The position numbers and the translations under genes are program-made. Below are positions 1 through 14,700 of a DNA stretch of 64,000 bases, piece after piece; positions within the stretch are counted from its first letter, which is position 1; each line of letters begins with the position of its first letter. The notes under the pieces are model-generated. The model was not told the DNA's origin. It did no database searches and saw only the letters and a program-made list of their open reading frames with translations. Origin of the DNA: Vicugna vicugna (Eukaryota); contig MU058636.1 in NCBI GenBank assembly GCA_013265495.1, positions 10,329,066 through 10,393,065 of the forward strand, given 5' to 3'.

Positions 1-3000
1 AGCACGTGCTTAAGATAAATCTATCACTCCAATATAAGGTAATGAAGAGAAACAAGATGTATCCCAAACAAAGTAGGCTAGATGTGGCTTTTGGTGGTCA
101 ATGTCTTTAATGCCACTGATAATTAAGTTAAAACCCACTTATTCAATACAATTCAAACCAGATCAAAACCCTAATTGTTCAATTAATCAAAGAAAAGGGA
201 AAGTTAAAGTACAGAATTTTTAAAAACTGATATATAGGCCTTAAACATTTACCTTTAAATATATACAGGTAATAAATGTGCTTGACATAAGGTAAAATCT
301 TTCCTTTGAGACAAGGTCCAGTCTTTCTTATAAACCCACAATGCATTGTCACTGAAGATTTACAATGCTGATTTCTTTAACGTGGAGGAGGAAGCTACTC
401 AACCACTGCATAGCAATCTGACTACGGAATTCTTCAAGCTTTCCCCCTAATCTTTCATAGTGTCTGACCACACCTAATTCATCAGCAATTTAAGTCTTTC
501 CAAAGTGTTCAACTTAGTTGTCCTAAATTAATTTTATTTCATTCATATTTAATGGATTCATTTAATATTTAATTCATTTTTATTAATTGGGAAAGAAGTA
601 CAACTGCACAAACATGTTTGAAAGAACACAAATGAGTTCCAAGAAAAATATAACTGAACTGGTGTGTAAGAGGGTGGCACAAGCAGCCAGAGAGCTGCGT
701 TCAACCAGGAAGGGGACATCTGGAGGGAATGGAGAGCAGGGTTCACGCATGCGCTAGTGAAGTGTAGGTCAACCAGGAAAGCTGCTCCCACAGGTGCTGG
801 TGTTACCACCACAGCATATCCTCAACACTTAAGGGCCGAGTACGGGTAAAAACAGAGAAGGCTACGGGATCTTTTTAACACTTGATTTATCTTGAATGTG
901 ACAAAATTAACCTGAATTGTTTCACTTCTATTAAAAAAAAAAGATTTGCCACCCAAGAAGCACTAAATATTAACATATTAAATGTGTAAGTTGAATGTTA
1001 CTTGTTTCTACAAGTCTATCTTCTGGAAAATCTGAACAGTGATATTGTGTATGTATGTGCGTGTATGTACATGTTAATTAATGTGCACATATGACCGAGT
1101 ATAACTCTCAATTATCTCATAATTAGCTTGGTGCCAGGTAATTTTTTTTAATTCTCTTAAGCTTTGGAATACATGGTATGGTCTTTATGGAGTTCTCTTA
1201 GCACATTTCTCTTCCTTTGTGCTCTCTATATTAGAACTCATTAAGAGGCCTTCAGCCCAGAGTCCTATTGGTACTAGGCAAGAACATCAAGACACCAGGG
1301 TGGACAGACACACAATCTGTACTGCAGATACTGAAAGGTAACGCCACTTAATCACCAATAGCCTTTCTCTGCTGTAACCTTTCTTCTTTAGAAATGTCAT
1401 AACAGGCAACAGGGCTCTAAACCAGACAGCTCTGTATCTGCTCACATACTTGTAAATATTACTGCCATCCCTAAAAACAGTCCTATATAGAATAACAAGC
1501 CACACACTACTAGGTTAAGATGTTATTCTTTTCCAGACAGAAACCCATAGTGTATTTATTTAACAATACAGAGAGCAAAACAGGTATATGTTAACTCCTT
1601 TCTAAAATCCATCTGGTTCCTATTTGACACAAAACTCTTTCTCCTGGTTCTTAAACTGCTTCAGGAATGCAGGTTTTGCTATGAATAATCACATTTGTTA
1701 AATGCCATAGAAACCTGAAGTCTTTGTTTCCAAAATATAAAAACTGCTACATATTTCTCGATTTATTAAAAATCAAAAAATAAAACTAGGTAGTAATGTT
1801 CTTCATCATTTACTCAAAAATGCAATTAAAGAAATGATTAAACATTTTTTAAACTCTGAAATATACATGCTCTGAGTTTGTAACAGTAAAGGACTTGGTA
1901 TCCCCAGGAAGACAAATTATGCTCAGTTATCTCAAAAGTCCTTTTGACATGCTTTTAGGTGGGCAAAATTGGTAACTGAATATAATTAATATATATTTTT
2001 TTATAAACTGTAATCCTGACCTCACTTTTAGTGAACAAAACTACACACTATAGAAAAGTCAGTACTAGAAGTCAGTTACTAGTATGTGTCTATAGAAGTA
2101 AAACACGAAAGAGAAAAAATTCTTAAAATTCACTGCATGATCATATCATTTTATTCCCTGATCAAGAAATAAATGGGTATTTCCTGGATAATTCCAATTT
2201 GTTCACAGATGCTCAGTCACAATTTCAAGCAGTCCAGAGCGTCACAGTTGGTGCTTAATATTTTACTTACAAGCATTATTGTCAGCAAAACTACATACAA
2301 AAATTCCCCTTCTCAGTAGCTCCTGATGCTCAATTACAAATGATGGGGACAAGGCCCCCAGTTCCCCAGCATTATCTCCAGGAATCCACCTCCAGCTACG
2401 CTGCACTTCTCAGTTCCTTTAACACGCCGACCCTCTCCCACCACCATCCCTGTGTTCAGGCTGCTCCTACCACCCTGGATCTCCTCCCTGCCCAAAGACA
2501 GCCTCAGCCTGCTGAAATTCTACCCACACTTCTGCACTCGTAAGTATGGGCCATATTTCTCCTGGTGTTTCCAACTCAATGTGACCTTTCTAGCCCCTGA
2601 AACCCCAGTACTCCCTTTTACATTTCTCTCCAGGCACTTGCCCTTACTACCTATGTATCAGCAGCTATATAAACCCTGACCAGTTGCTACCCTCTTAAAG
2701 CAGAATCTGTGTCATCAACAGCTGCACAAAGTGAAGGAATAATACCACCGGTGATCAATGGAGATGCAGGCTGGCAAAAACAACCAACTAGTGTGTGGAA
2801 GGATGCCACAAATTACACCAACAGTGCTGCCAACAGTAAATTCTAAGAGATGTCTCTCAATATCAGTTGAGGACTGCTTAAAGCTAGTTAAGTATGAACC
2901 TAATAATCTAGAAGATGCACATGGGCTGAGCAAAAAAACAAAAACAAAAACAAAAACAAATCTAGACACAACAGTGCACTGGAATTTACTGAAAGGCATA

Positions 3001-4151
3001 TTCTATTTAACTAAAATACTATAAAAGGAACTTTTTCCAAATGTTAGACAGCAAGATAAGCAAATGTAAAATCTGAAAATCAAAATAACAGCCATAACTT
3101 TAGTGACCAAGGTGGTTTTCAAACACCCAAAGCTGACAATTTACCAAACTGAAGTTATATCATCCTTCAACACTGAGACTACACCACACCCATCCTGTCA
3201 CCTGAAGCTATCTAGCCTCAAACAGACTGTTTAAAGGCGTAGCAACACTTCAGAAGCAGTAAACCAGCTTCTGTCAGCTAAGGAAAAGATTTTAAATGAC
3301 CGCATCATGTTCTCTATTTTTTGGAAGGGCAGGGAGAGAGGAAGGGTGCCAATAGGGACTGAGGGAGGCTGTGGAGTAGATGTCCCTGCAAGACTTGACT
3401 TGCCAGGTGTCCCCCTATCCTCCTCAAGCCATCCCTACATCTGAGGGTCCTGCATTCCAACCCATCCAACTTCCTCACGGCCACTCTTATTCCCCACTCT
3501 CTAAAAAGCACGTCTGATCACATCCCTGACCTGCTTAAAACCACTTGGTTTTTCCATCAGGTAAAGATCGAGTCCATGTAAGGCTCTCAGATCTCACCCT
3601 GCAGCCTTATCTTACCCTGCCTCTCCCTTCAGACTTTGAACTTGGACTCCCAAAACAGTGTGTCATTTCATGCTTCCCAGGGGCTGTCCATAAACCCCTC
3701 AAGTTTCTCCCGAGCAAGGGCCTCCTGTCCCTCCTGACTGGAGGTCATTGTTATCTCCTGCATGCCTACTCTGTGCCTTGTCCAGGCTTCTGTTACTGAA
3801 GGAGGCACATGATGCTGCAATTCTGGAAAAACTGGAAAACTGGGGGACAGTGACTATTTTCTTGTTCTGCACCCTGAGTGCCCAGCAAAATGCAAGAGAC
3901 ATAGCAAGGAGTCCAGGAGCACACGACATCTCATCAGTGGGACCACCTCTGGACTACTGTAACACTGCAAAGGCCCAGAGGCAGACAGCTATCCATCCCA
4001 GTCACTAAATATGAGCACCAGAAAAGCCACATTCTTCTTGAAGACACTTTTATGCTACACCCTCACTAATTTCCCATTTGAGGCTGCTTTACTTCATTCA
4101 TTTGTTCCAAATGTGCTCTACTACATGTCAGGCACTGTACACGGCAGGCAA

Positions 4152-4195
4152 GGAAGGAAGGAAGGAAGGAAGGAAGGAAGGAAGATAGATAGATA
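4152..4195 (+). repeat. Compound microsatellite (GGAA)8(GATA)3
   Basis: Read directly. Confidence 0.95.
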
Positions 4196-4847
4196 AGGTT
4201 TGTCTCCACTCTCAGGAAACTGAGAGCCTACCAGGGGATTCTATAACCCCGAATACATCATTTAGTAATTATTCCACAGTTTTTAGTACAGTACACATAG
4301 ATAATAAGTACCTATATATTCGGTGCTTTTATTCTCATCCACTATTTAACCTCCTTTGGCTACTGAAGTCATTTCTATTGCTCTTGCATATTTCCCAAGT
4401 TTTACGTCCTTATGACACATGGCAACATAAAGGTGGACTGGAGGTGCCAATAAATGAAACATGCATTTACAGATAGGGAATGAAATCTCAGTTCTAGTGG
4501 TGGGAGGAACTACAGAGACAGACTAGCTCAACATTGTCATTGTACAGAACAAGTGGCCCAAGACAGAGAAAAATTGTATCAACTGCCTGGGGTCTTCCAA
4601 AAGGTTACAGCTGAACCCAACTTAGAATCGAGATCTCCTGTCTCAGCTCCATTCTCTTTACCCCTGTCCTGCTCCTCACCTGACTGTAACGTGTCCCCTA
4701 TGATGTGTTAAATTCAGACCACAGTCATATGAAAAGCTGAACTGGTGTTTCTCAGGGCAGAGGAAATGACAAAAGCCAAAAGCAACAAAGTAGCACCATA
4801 TAATGTCATAGCCAAATGTTTCCTTCAGCTGCTAACACTTTTTAAAT

Positions 4848-5236
4848 TTGTGGTAAATAGAATTGTTGGTCCTAATTGTTCCGGCATGGTTACTTTCATG
4901 GCCCCTTGCTGGAGGAAGTGCACTTCTCTACTCCCCGATTTCAGGTGTGGCCATATGGCTTATTTTGGCCAATGGGATGCTAGCAAACCTGGAGCTAACA
5001 GAGGCTGGAAGTGAACTTGCACAGTAAGGCTCTCCCTCTTGTGCATCTGACATCAACCTGAAAACGTATCCCAGACAGTTACTTACCTTCCAGCCTGGGC
5101 CTCAAAGTGAGAAACAGAATGAGCTGCCCCAAGCAACTTAATACATGTGCACAAGATGTATAAGGACTCACACTTATAGGTGTATTGCACTGAGATGTTG
5201 AGAAGGTTTGTTATGCAACAAAAGCTGACTAATATA
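4848..5236 (+). mobile_element. ERVL-MaLR solo LTR, old MLT1 (H/I/J-like)
   Basis: TGTGGTA start, GTGTGGCCATATGGCTTATTTTGGCCAATGGGATG core, and GTTTGTTATGCAACAAAAGCTGACTAATATA end typical of MLT1. Confidence 0.75.
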
Positions 5237-6417
5237 ATGTCTTATCCTTCAAGTCAAAAATGCATACCTATGGTTATCTGTCACTACTGCATCCCCTCAG
5301 AGTATTAGCACACTGTTAAAGTAGAAATCAACTAATTCTCTTTTATTTCCATTTTGCTAATTTCTTGAGGCCATTTCTTATTTGAATTACCTTTAGAAAA
5401 GAACATGTCTCCAAATTAAAGTGTCATCTCCAAGTGCTTCACTGATTCTTAAGGTAGGTATTATGTAAGTGGGAGACAAATGTATTCTTTCAGTACAATC
5501 TCACAAAATGCCTCCTTCTCCCTTCAAAGCAGTAAGATTTGTCATGATCACAGTTAATTTATTAAAGATAATATTCAGCTCATGTGATGGATCCTACAGA
5601 GAGGTGGGAAGGGTGCAGGTACTAAAGATGTTTAAAAGGCTGCTTTTAAAGCCCTCAGCTGGAATAAATGTTAAGAACATTGACTTTTTATATTTTTAAA
5701 GGCCTTCCAAAATCAGGTAACATTAAACAATGACACCCAATGTAAATGTCCTTCAATTTAGCCATTTTCTTATTGCAGCTCATATCCCAATGTTCTTAAA
5801 ACTACTCCAATTTAATTAATTTTCATTATCATTTATAATATTTGAAGCTCAGGAGACCTGAAATAAAATTACGTTTGTATGACAAAACACATTATGCAAT
5901 ACAGTCATCTAGAGGATAGAACCCCAAACTGGAAACCTATTGCTTATTTCTCCTTCTGCTTGCCATGACAAGGTTAATTTGCTTCCTTGCTTTATTCTTC
6001 TGTCTTATAAAATGACATGGATATATACATACTTCCTTTCGAAAGGATGTCATTCTCCTGTTTTACATACACACACATCAGTGTTATTTATACGCCTGGA
6101 GTATGTACAGAATTATGTATGAGCACCTGTACATTTGAGTCCACTGATGCTACACCACAGAAAATACAGGCTTGAGGGCAACTATCTTTTCATGTCCATG
6201 AGTTAATGACCTTCTTAGGAAAACGAAGGCTCGTTTGTCCATTCTGGACTACAGATAGTTAATTAGAATTTGATCAGGAAAACAAAATTAAACATTCCTC
6301 CCTGTTTTAGAACCAACATCAACAGAACGACAATGTCTTCAAGGAAGACTGGATTTGTATATACAAAACTGACGTCTAAGGATAGTCTTCAGAGGGGGAA
6401 AAAAAATCCCTCAAGGC

Positions 6418-6810
6418 CAAGGATTATTAACCTGGAGCCGATGGACAGACTCGAAGGGATTTAAGAACCTTAGATTGGCAGGGATAGGCAGGATGCAGGG
6501 GGTGGTAGGGAGACATACATTTTGATTTTTACTAACCAATCACTGAAATGTAGCATTTTTTAAACTATGAAAATAGGAAATGCAACACAGTATTAGCAGT
6601 ACCTGTGTCTTTGACACCAATGAAAATGAATCTACACATTACAGCTACTGTCAAAAATTCAAAATATTTTACCTGCATCGACTCATTACCTCAAAATTAC
6701 GGTGACTCGCCACTAAATCCTGTTATTTTAATGTATTGATAACGAAGCACATCTCTTACCAAGTGACAATCTTGATAACCGTATTCACCGTAACTGGTTA
6801 TCCTTGCAAT
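6418..6810 (+). mobile_element. Probable hAT-Charlie DNA transposon fossil (subfamily uncertain)
   Basis: TTAACCTGG..ATGGAC terminal-like start and internal AGTATTAGCAGTACCTGTG..TTTGACACCAAT..AAATTACGGT..TGTTATTTTAATG resemble a recalled Charlie-type consensus. Confidence 0.5.
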
Positions 6811-9800
6811 CACATGTGTTGCATCCACCTACCACGCCCCTCACTCTCCGGTCCTTATGGACTAAGGACACTGGGGCAGGGAGGAAGGCAAGCGCACAGG
6901 GGAGGGGAGAGCAGATAACGACCTATCTATGTGTCTATAGCAGTGAAATTAAAAATGGTAATTATGATGAGGCATCTGTCTATTTGGCACCATCTAAAAC
7001 CGGCAAGCAGTAATTGTACAACAAGGGGGTGTTTAGTGTGTGAGGTTTAGGACACTGTGCCAGAAAACCTAAAGCATCCAAGTTGTAAAACATTGTAATA
7101 AGCAGGTAATCCTAGGCCCAGCGTCCAAGTTTCTGCCCTAACCTGTTCCTTGTGATTATGATTTTAAAACATCCCAGTGTCAGCAGGTTCACTGTGAGTC
7201 AGACCTGAAATAATAAATGGCTTATTTTCCATCCTGATGGAGGAAATACATCACGGCTCATTGTGGCTCACTTAACTGAGGCTGTTTTTACAGGAAAATA
7301 TAAAAATAACTAAGTCATTCTGCCTGACCATTTTTATTTTAATCTTTTTTATTAACAAAGCTCTTTACTACCATCCACTTTAAAAAGGAAAAGCATGTTT
7401 TCAACGTAAGCTATAAAAACAATACCCCACAAACACCTAGAAGGAAAAATAATATAAACACTCGAAAAGAAAATTGAGTTTTTGACCAACAAATATCCTG
7501 GTGGCCCAAAATAATCAATTAAAGGCATTCACTTCTTCAAGATAAAGTGATGCTTATTTAAACAGTCAACCACGTGATAATGCTGTTAAATGACAGCCAA
7601 AATCTTTTACCACCATTTGTTAAGTTTGCCAGGTGTTATAAAATTACATTTATTTACACACAAATAAATACATACATTCCAGAACCTAAAGTCTCAGCTA
7701 CTGTAACCTCCCAAATAAAAGTTAAGGGAAAAGTGACAGCCTCATCAAAAATAAATTCAATACATCCATACTGCATACAGACTACAGAACCCATCATGTC
7801 TGCAGATAAAATAACTACAATGAGAGAGCAGTATATTCTAGGAACAATGAGTTTGTTCTGTCCTGCTATTTTAACACACTCTGTGTAGAGACCATTGATG
7901 CTACAGAATGTAATCTTGTTTGTTATCCAGTACTGTGCTAGAGTAGGTTCAATACATTTTTTTAAAGATAATAATGAGACATCATCACTGCAGACAATGT
8001 TAGGTATATACAATGTATCTTTCAGGATTTGACCAATAAAGTTATAATTATATATCAGGTACTCAATGTATAATACATGTGAAGACAAATGAATTCATAG
8101 CTCTGCTGATTTATTATGTGGAGAGAGTTAAGTTCCATCCCATCTCCTTGAAATGGTGCTGAGAGGCAGAAACACCTGTGGAGAGTTCCCACTGACTTAC
8201 CTGCCCATTCCCTTCTCACTGGACTCTTTCTGTGCCCTGAATACGAATGGGGAAATGCAGAAAGAATGCATAAAGGCAAAAAGCAAAATTTGGAATTCAC
8301 TGTGTTGTTCTTCTCATTTTCAAATTAGTTTTAAGAGGCAGAAACTCTACATACACTCTCTCACAAGCCCTGCTCTCTCATTCCATCACGGCTACACTGT
8401 TATCAAGAGTGAAAAACAAACAAAACCAACCTAAGAACTTGGGCACTAGGTTCAGCCCCGCCTTCTGCAGGGATTACCAAGGACAGGGTCAGTAGTTTGG
8501 CAGAGGCCTTTCAGAAACGGGGGAGTCCCATTTCTCCTCCTTCCATTTATTAGTTGTCACATTGTGGAGACTTGACAAAATCTGGGCTTCACCACCTCTG
8601 ACATAGGGTCCTATAAAGATCCAATGGCACACAGCACATCACAGACACTCAAATATTAAGAGATCATGCCATTTATGAGAAATAAGTATTACAGGTCTCC
8701 ATGAATCTGTAAAATTATCAGGATGGTATCTCAAAGTTTTCAATCTTAAGGAGAAAAACAGAAAGGGTTCTTGATATGTGTGTGTGTGTGTTACACATAC
8801 ATACGCACACAAACATGCACACATACACAAGTCCACGCATACCTAAGGAGATTTCTTTCAAAAAGAAAGTTGACCCTACAATTTCTGTGGCCAAGAAATC
8901 TTAATCCAGGCACAAGATTTCTTGTTTTTTTTTTTTAAGTCAATTCTATGATTGGTGTATCAACCGATCTAGAATTTTAACAGCAACTTTTTAAAGAGGA
9001 AATGACCCACAAATGCTGCTTTCCCTTTCCCCATACTCTTTTAATCAGCAACACAGAGGCAAAGAACTAAACTTTAACCAGCCACAATTTTAAGAAACCT
9101 ACAGATGATACCAAGTATTTGAACCTTGGCATCTTGGCTAAAAAGAACACATAATGTACATAGACGTATTTCTCCATCAGGAATATCATTAGGTCAGTGA
9201 AACACAGCCAAGTGTAAAGTGTCCTCTTTTGGCGGTGGCATGTGTGTAGGGGCAGGGTCTGTGTGGGGACCAGCTTACTGTGAGCAGTAAGAGACAGTGA
9301 GAAGGTCAGCAGACTGTCATCTCTCTCTTCCTGCAGCACACAAAGATGTGACACAGTTACATGCGGTTTGCAAGAGGCCTCCTCCCTTTATGATCTGCTT
9401 CTCTACCTCATCCCCAATCTAAATCAATTTTTATTTTCAGTTTGGTGTTTAAAAAAAAAAAGTTACACACACAGAGGGACTTTAAGTCTGGGACTTTAAT
9501 CACATCAAAGTCTGGAACTTCAAAGCTGTAGCTCCCACAGCAACAGCAACTCAGCTCCCATTTGCAATTTGGGTGTTACTGATTGACGACCCTGATGTGA
9601 GTGTGGGCAGCGAAACCAAGTTACAGGCACTGTGAATTTGAATTTCCTGACTCTCACTTGGTTGAGTTTAAGCGGGCGATTATGGGGCGTTAGCATCCGC
9701 ATTTAAAACAGGCCCCCAAAGAGGAAGCACATTCAGGACCCTTGAACAAACACAAGCGTGAGCCACACCAGAACCACCTGACTGCCTATCTGGCAGCCCA

Positions 9801-11059
9801 CCTCCTCAGATGTACAGTCTTCCATCTGGGTCCCGTGAGCAGGACCCAGCTCTCACAGAATTTAAAATTGGACCCACACAGTTGGTACCATTAAATGGCT
9901 CATCTTTCTAAGAGCCCAGGAAGAGCCTTAACAGACAGAAGGGAAGGTAAATCAAGCCCCTTTTTAAAAAGAAAAAAATAGAAGGAGAAAAACACTAGCA
10001 TCCAACCCAGCATCTCTGAACTATCAGCAGTTACCTTTCCTCTACCAAGCACCATAGTGGTTTCCAAAGGTATTTTCCAGCAGTTCTAGTTCCTGATTTC
10101 AGTGGCCACTCTGGTTCAGGAATAGGAACAAAATTCAATACAAAGACGAATGTTGGAAAAGTCCCAGAAAACTGACTTGGCGCCGGTGGTTATGTGCAAG
10201 TTCACCCGGCCATACCAGGATGCTTCCCAAAGCCTAAGTGTCTGCTATATGCTTGGTCCCCACTGTCCCCATCTCCTTCAGTGGCTGGAAATTCTGAGGC
10301 TAGATACATTTAACTACCAGGATATGACCATGAGCTAAATCCACCTTAGGAAGGCAAGAGCACTGCCAGGAATATGACCCTCCGTTTCAAAGCATGACCC
10401 TGCATTATGATGGCAGCACACTTGACTCAAGGTCACTGGGATTGTAAAAGACCTGAAAATACAATCACCCAGTCTACCTCATTGTGCAAACAGAAAACTA
10501 AGGAACAAAGGGGGCAAGTCTTCAGGTAGAGGGTGTTGTTACTGAGAATGATGCTAGAAGAATCTTACTGCTGCAGTCAGTGGAAGAAGACCCAGGCCCT
10601 GGGCCCTGCAGACGAAAAAGAACAAGCACAGCAATACCCCTCGTACCTTCCAACAACCTCAGCCATTCAGAAGCATTTCGAATATTTGAACAAATATAAA
10701 CCAGAAAGTCTGGACAGAAAGAAAATGATGAAGGCGGGGTACTAATCCTCAGAGCACAGCCACCCTCTGAAAGCCTCACCCAGAGACTGCTGGGCCTAAA
10801 CTCTGTATAAACTAAAAAGGTCAGTTATTTAACATACTCTTACTATACAGGTTCTCCTGAGACCTTATACCTTCCTAGCTAGAAAACCATTTTTAAGTAC
10901 CTGGGAGACCAATCAACACACAGTTGAGAAGAGCTGTTTCAATAGCTCCAGAAGGTATTATGACACAGGTGGAAAGTGGAAAAGTGGATGTTCCCGATGA
11001 CCACCCCCAGTTACCCAGGAAGGGAGGGCATACAGCGAAATCAGAGGTACAGGAAAAGT

Positions 11060-11790
11060 GCATGCATGCAACAGACAGTTGCTGAGCATCTGTGTCCTGG
11101 GTTCAGAGGAATGAACAAAAGAGAAAATGTTTGTCCTTGTGGAGCCCAAGCACTAGAAGGGAGACAGACGCAGTAGGCCAGGTGGCAATACATGCTACAA
11201 GGAAAAATAAAGCAGACAGGAGGGTGGGTGGCACGTACCAGGGATGGGGGAGGCTATAATCAACAGAATGGTCAGGGAAGCTTACAGGGAAAAGGTGACA
11301 GGTGAGTAAGAGGCAACATGAAGGAAGTCAACCATTCATGTACCTGGAGAAGAGAGTTCTAAGCTGAGGCAAAGGATGGTGCAAAAGCCCTGAGGCAGGA
11401 GGATGTTTGGCCTGCAAGCAGGTCAATGTGACCAGAGGCACATGAAGGAGGAAATGAGTTCAGAGAAGTGACAGGGGTCAGGCGGGGGCGGGAGGGGCAC
11501 TTATAGGCCACTGGAGGAACCTGGCTTTTACACCAGGAGCCAGGCAGTAGGGGGAAGGTTGTGACAGAAGATCACTCTGGCTCTGCTGGGAACAGGTTGG
11601 AGGAAAACAAGGGCAAAAGCCAGAAGCCAGTTAGGAGACACAGCAAGCAACCAGGTGAGAAACTATACAGCTTGGACCAGGAGTAGCAGCAGAGAAGGTG
11701 AGAAGTGGAAGGAAATTGGGATTATTTTGAAGGTAGAGATGACAGAATTCCATATGGGGTGGGATCAGAAAGGAAAAAGGCTTTACTGAA
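11060..11790 (-). mobile_element. LINE-2 3' fragment
   Basis: Purine-rich L2 hallmarks: GCAAAAGCCCTGAGGCAGGA, AAGATCACTCTGGCT, GGATTATTTTGAAGGTAGAGATGACAG. Confidence 0.7.
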
Positions 11791-14700
11791 TTCAAAAGTG
11801 CTTTAAAGTTATTTGGAATATTTACTTCAATGGAACACAAATATCTTTAACAGCCTATGCTGAGACTAGAATTTTGTACATGTGACATAAAATAAAGTCA
11901 GAGAGCTCTGCAGAGGGGCAAATGTTTGAAAAGTATGAAGGAGATAGATGGAAGAACCAAACAAGTACTTCTAGAAAGTTCTGCAGAGGAACTGAGTCTT
12001 GAGGATAAGACAATGTAGATCCAATGAGGAGTGTGGGGAAAAGAATACCAGATAAAGGCTCAGCAGAGGGTGAAACGCACATCAAGACGAACAAGAAGTC
12101 GATCTATCAGTAAAATCACCAGTAGGAGCAGCAGAAAGGCACTGGGTAATGCGAAGTCACTTGGTGGGAATTCAATCCTAGCCGACAGAGACACGGAGCC
12201 ACAGTACCCAAGCCTCAACAAGCCAGCATCCCTGCTGTCCTAACTTCTATCTGGGTGAAAGAACAAGAGAAACAATATCCAATGAGTTGCTGGGGGGAAA
12301 ATCATGATCTGAAAATAGGAGAAAAACAATCAAGTAAAAATGTTGCAGAATAACTAACAAGAAAGCAAAAACAGAAGCAGTATTTAATTTTTAATTTCAG
12401 AGTTTCTTATGCAATTAAAGCATGGGTATTCTATGCCATACATGGACACAATAAATGAGAAGTGCTGCATGTGAAATCCCCTTGGAGAGAACGAAACGCT
12501 AGATCTAGAAGGCAAGTGAAGACTATGATGAACGAGAAACACAGTCTAGTTCTCACACACACGTGAGGCCACTGAACAAGCCTCACTCTTTCATTGGCAA
12601 GAGAAACCAAAGGTGACGTGCCTGTCAAAGTTAGATCATCTGCATTTCGAGATATTCCTTCCAGAGTAGCTCAAGACTTAACTTGATATGGACAGGTACA
12701 AATACCAATTCATAATCTCCATACTTCCAATCTCCCAAGAGCTGTATTCCACATTACAGGATTAGGTTTTGAGGAGGTGATTTTGCTAAACTAGGTGATG
12801 AGGCAGAGAAAAGAGTAATTGTCATTTTATTGAAGGGCAGAGAACAAAACCAAGAACACTGTACTAGTTAAATCTCAGAGCCTGGAAGATGGACAGGCCT
12901 GGATTTGGTTCCAGGTGGCTCTTCTCTTTAACTCTTTCATCCTAAAATAAAATAGCTCAGCCTTGATTTCCACTTCACAGAAGGGGAACAGCAACATTAT
13001 CTACCTTATATGGATAGAATGAGAATTAGAATCTAGCACAGAATAAGCAATACTCAATAGAAAGTAGCTATCTCATTAGATTGTCTAAGACTTAAGCCCA
13101 ACTTTCATTTCCACTGGCATTCCAGCAGTAGAAAGCAGTGAAAAAAAAGGGGGGGGGAGGGGGAGTTCGTCTTACTCCTTGAAGCCTTAAAGCAGAGAGT
13201 GGTGGTTGCCTGTATATGCTCCTCAAAAGACACTTGATGGATTAATACTATTCTTCAGCATTACATAATTATTGACATATAGTATTACGTAAGATTTGTA
13301 TAATTTCTCCTAATGAATGAGCTTGCCATTTCTCTTATGTAACAGCCTACATTCCATTAAAGGCTTATCCTTCATTTTAAAATAAAAATCTCACATTTCA
13401 CAACTGTGGAAAGAGCTAGACTTACAGAAGGGGTGTTTATTTAAAACAAAGCAAAATTTTTGACTGAACTGGCTGAGTCTCAGCATGACACCCTGAGACA
13501 TCACTCGGGTGCCAGCACACCCATGGAGTTCCTATCTTTTCTGGCAACAGGCAAATCTGCCTTTCCCATGTTGAAGATATCTAAACAAAAGCAGACAAAA
13601 CTTCTGCCAATTCCACTGTTCCCAGTGCCCATTTCCTCAACTATGAAACATAGTTAAATAGTAGGTAGTTACTTCAGGACTGCTGTGATGATTAAAGAAG
13701 ATAATATACATAAAGTGCATAGGTCTATGCCTGGCATACAAAGTGATGAAAAACAAAAAATTAGTTCTTTGTTGTTACTATTAATATTACTGATAACTCC
13801 AATCCTGTAAAAATTATTTTCCAGTGTACTCCTATTATGCCCATTCCCCCAGAATTAACAGAGGTTTAAGTAAGCATGGAGGAGGAAAGATGCTCTGCTC
13901 ATCAAGAAATGACTTGTCAGGCTCCTAGGGCATTATCTGCTTGAAAGGTTAGTCACAGATCTAAGCCTAAGTCAATCATTTCATATTGCTCTACGTATGC
14001 TGATGGTTAACACATTTATATAGTCAAATTATCAGCTGAAAGAATACCTTTTATCAAGAGTATCATTAAATCAAAACAAAACAATCTAATTTGCATTTAT
14101 TCACCTTTCCTCTAATCCTCCAATGGGAAAGTTTAAAAACAATGAAATACAGATAAAGGGGAAGAAGAACAATGGAAACAGGAAGCTGGTTTCCAAAAAT
14201 TCACACAACCATTATGCTGAAGTACATTCCTCCAACTATCAAAAATCTGACCTTAAAACACTAATCCACCGGTAGGCCACTCTAAGAACACACGCTTTTT
14301 TAAAAGTGACACTGGGGAGCATGTGGGACATTAGTTCTTATTGTTGCTGACTTATTAATAAAGTTTTTTTTTCACTGTATATGTATATCTCTGTGTATCA
14401 CATGATAACCCAGAAGGCAGACCAGCAAACCTGGAATGACAAAGCAGCAAAATGAGATACACAAGAAAAATCAACAACAGAGTTAAATTACACTGACCAA
14501 TTAGAATGCTGGGGTTAAAAATCAAGATAAAATTCAAAGTTCAACAGAGTTATTTTAAAAAGACATTGGAAACTAGGGTAAATGTGTTTGCAGGTAGAGG
14601 TAAGTTTCCTGACTGCAGGCTTCAGATGCCCATCAGAGTGATGCAGATTCTGAACCAGCTGTTAGGGTCCTCAGCTGCAGAACCAAAATGTAGTTTCCAG

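Noticed and set aside
8892..8936. Hairpin CAAGAAATCTT/AAGATTTCTTG followed by T12, resembling an intrinsic terminator
   Set aside because: Eukaryotic intron, AT-rich stem, and no transcription unit on that strand; likely chance.
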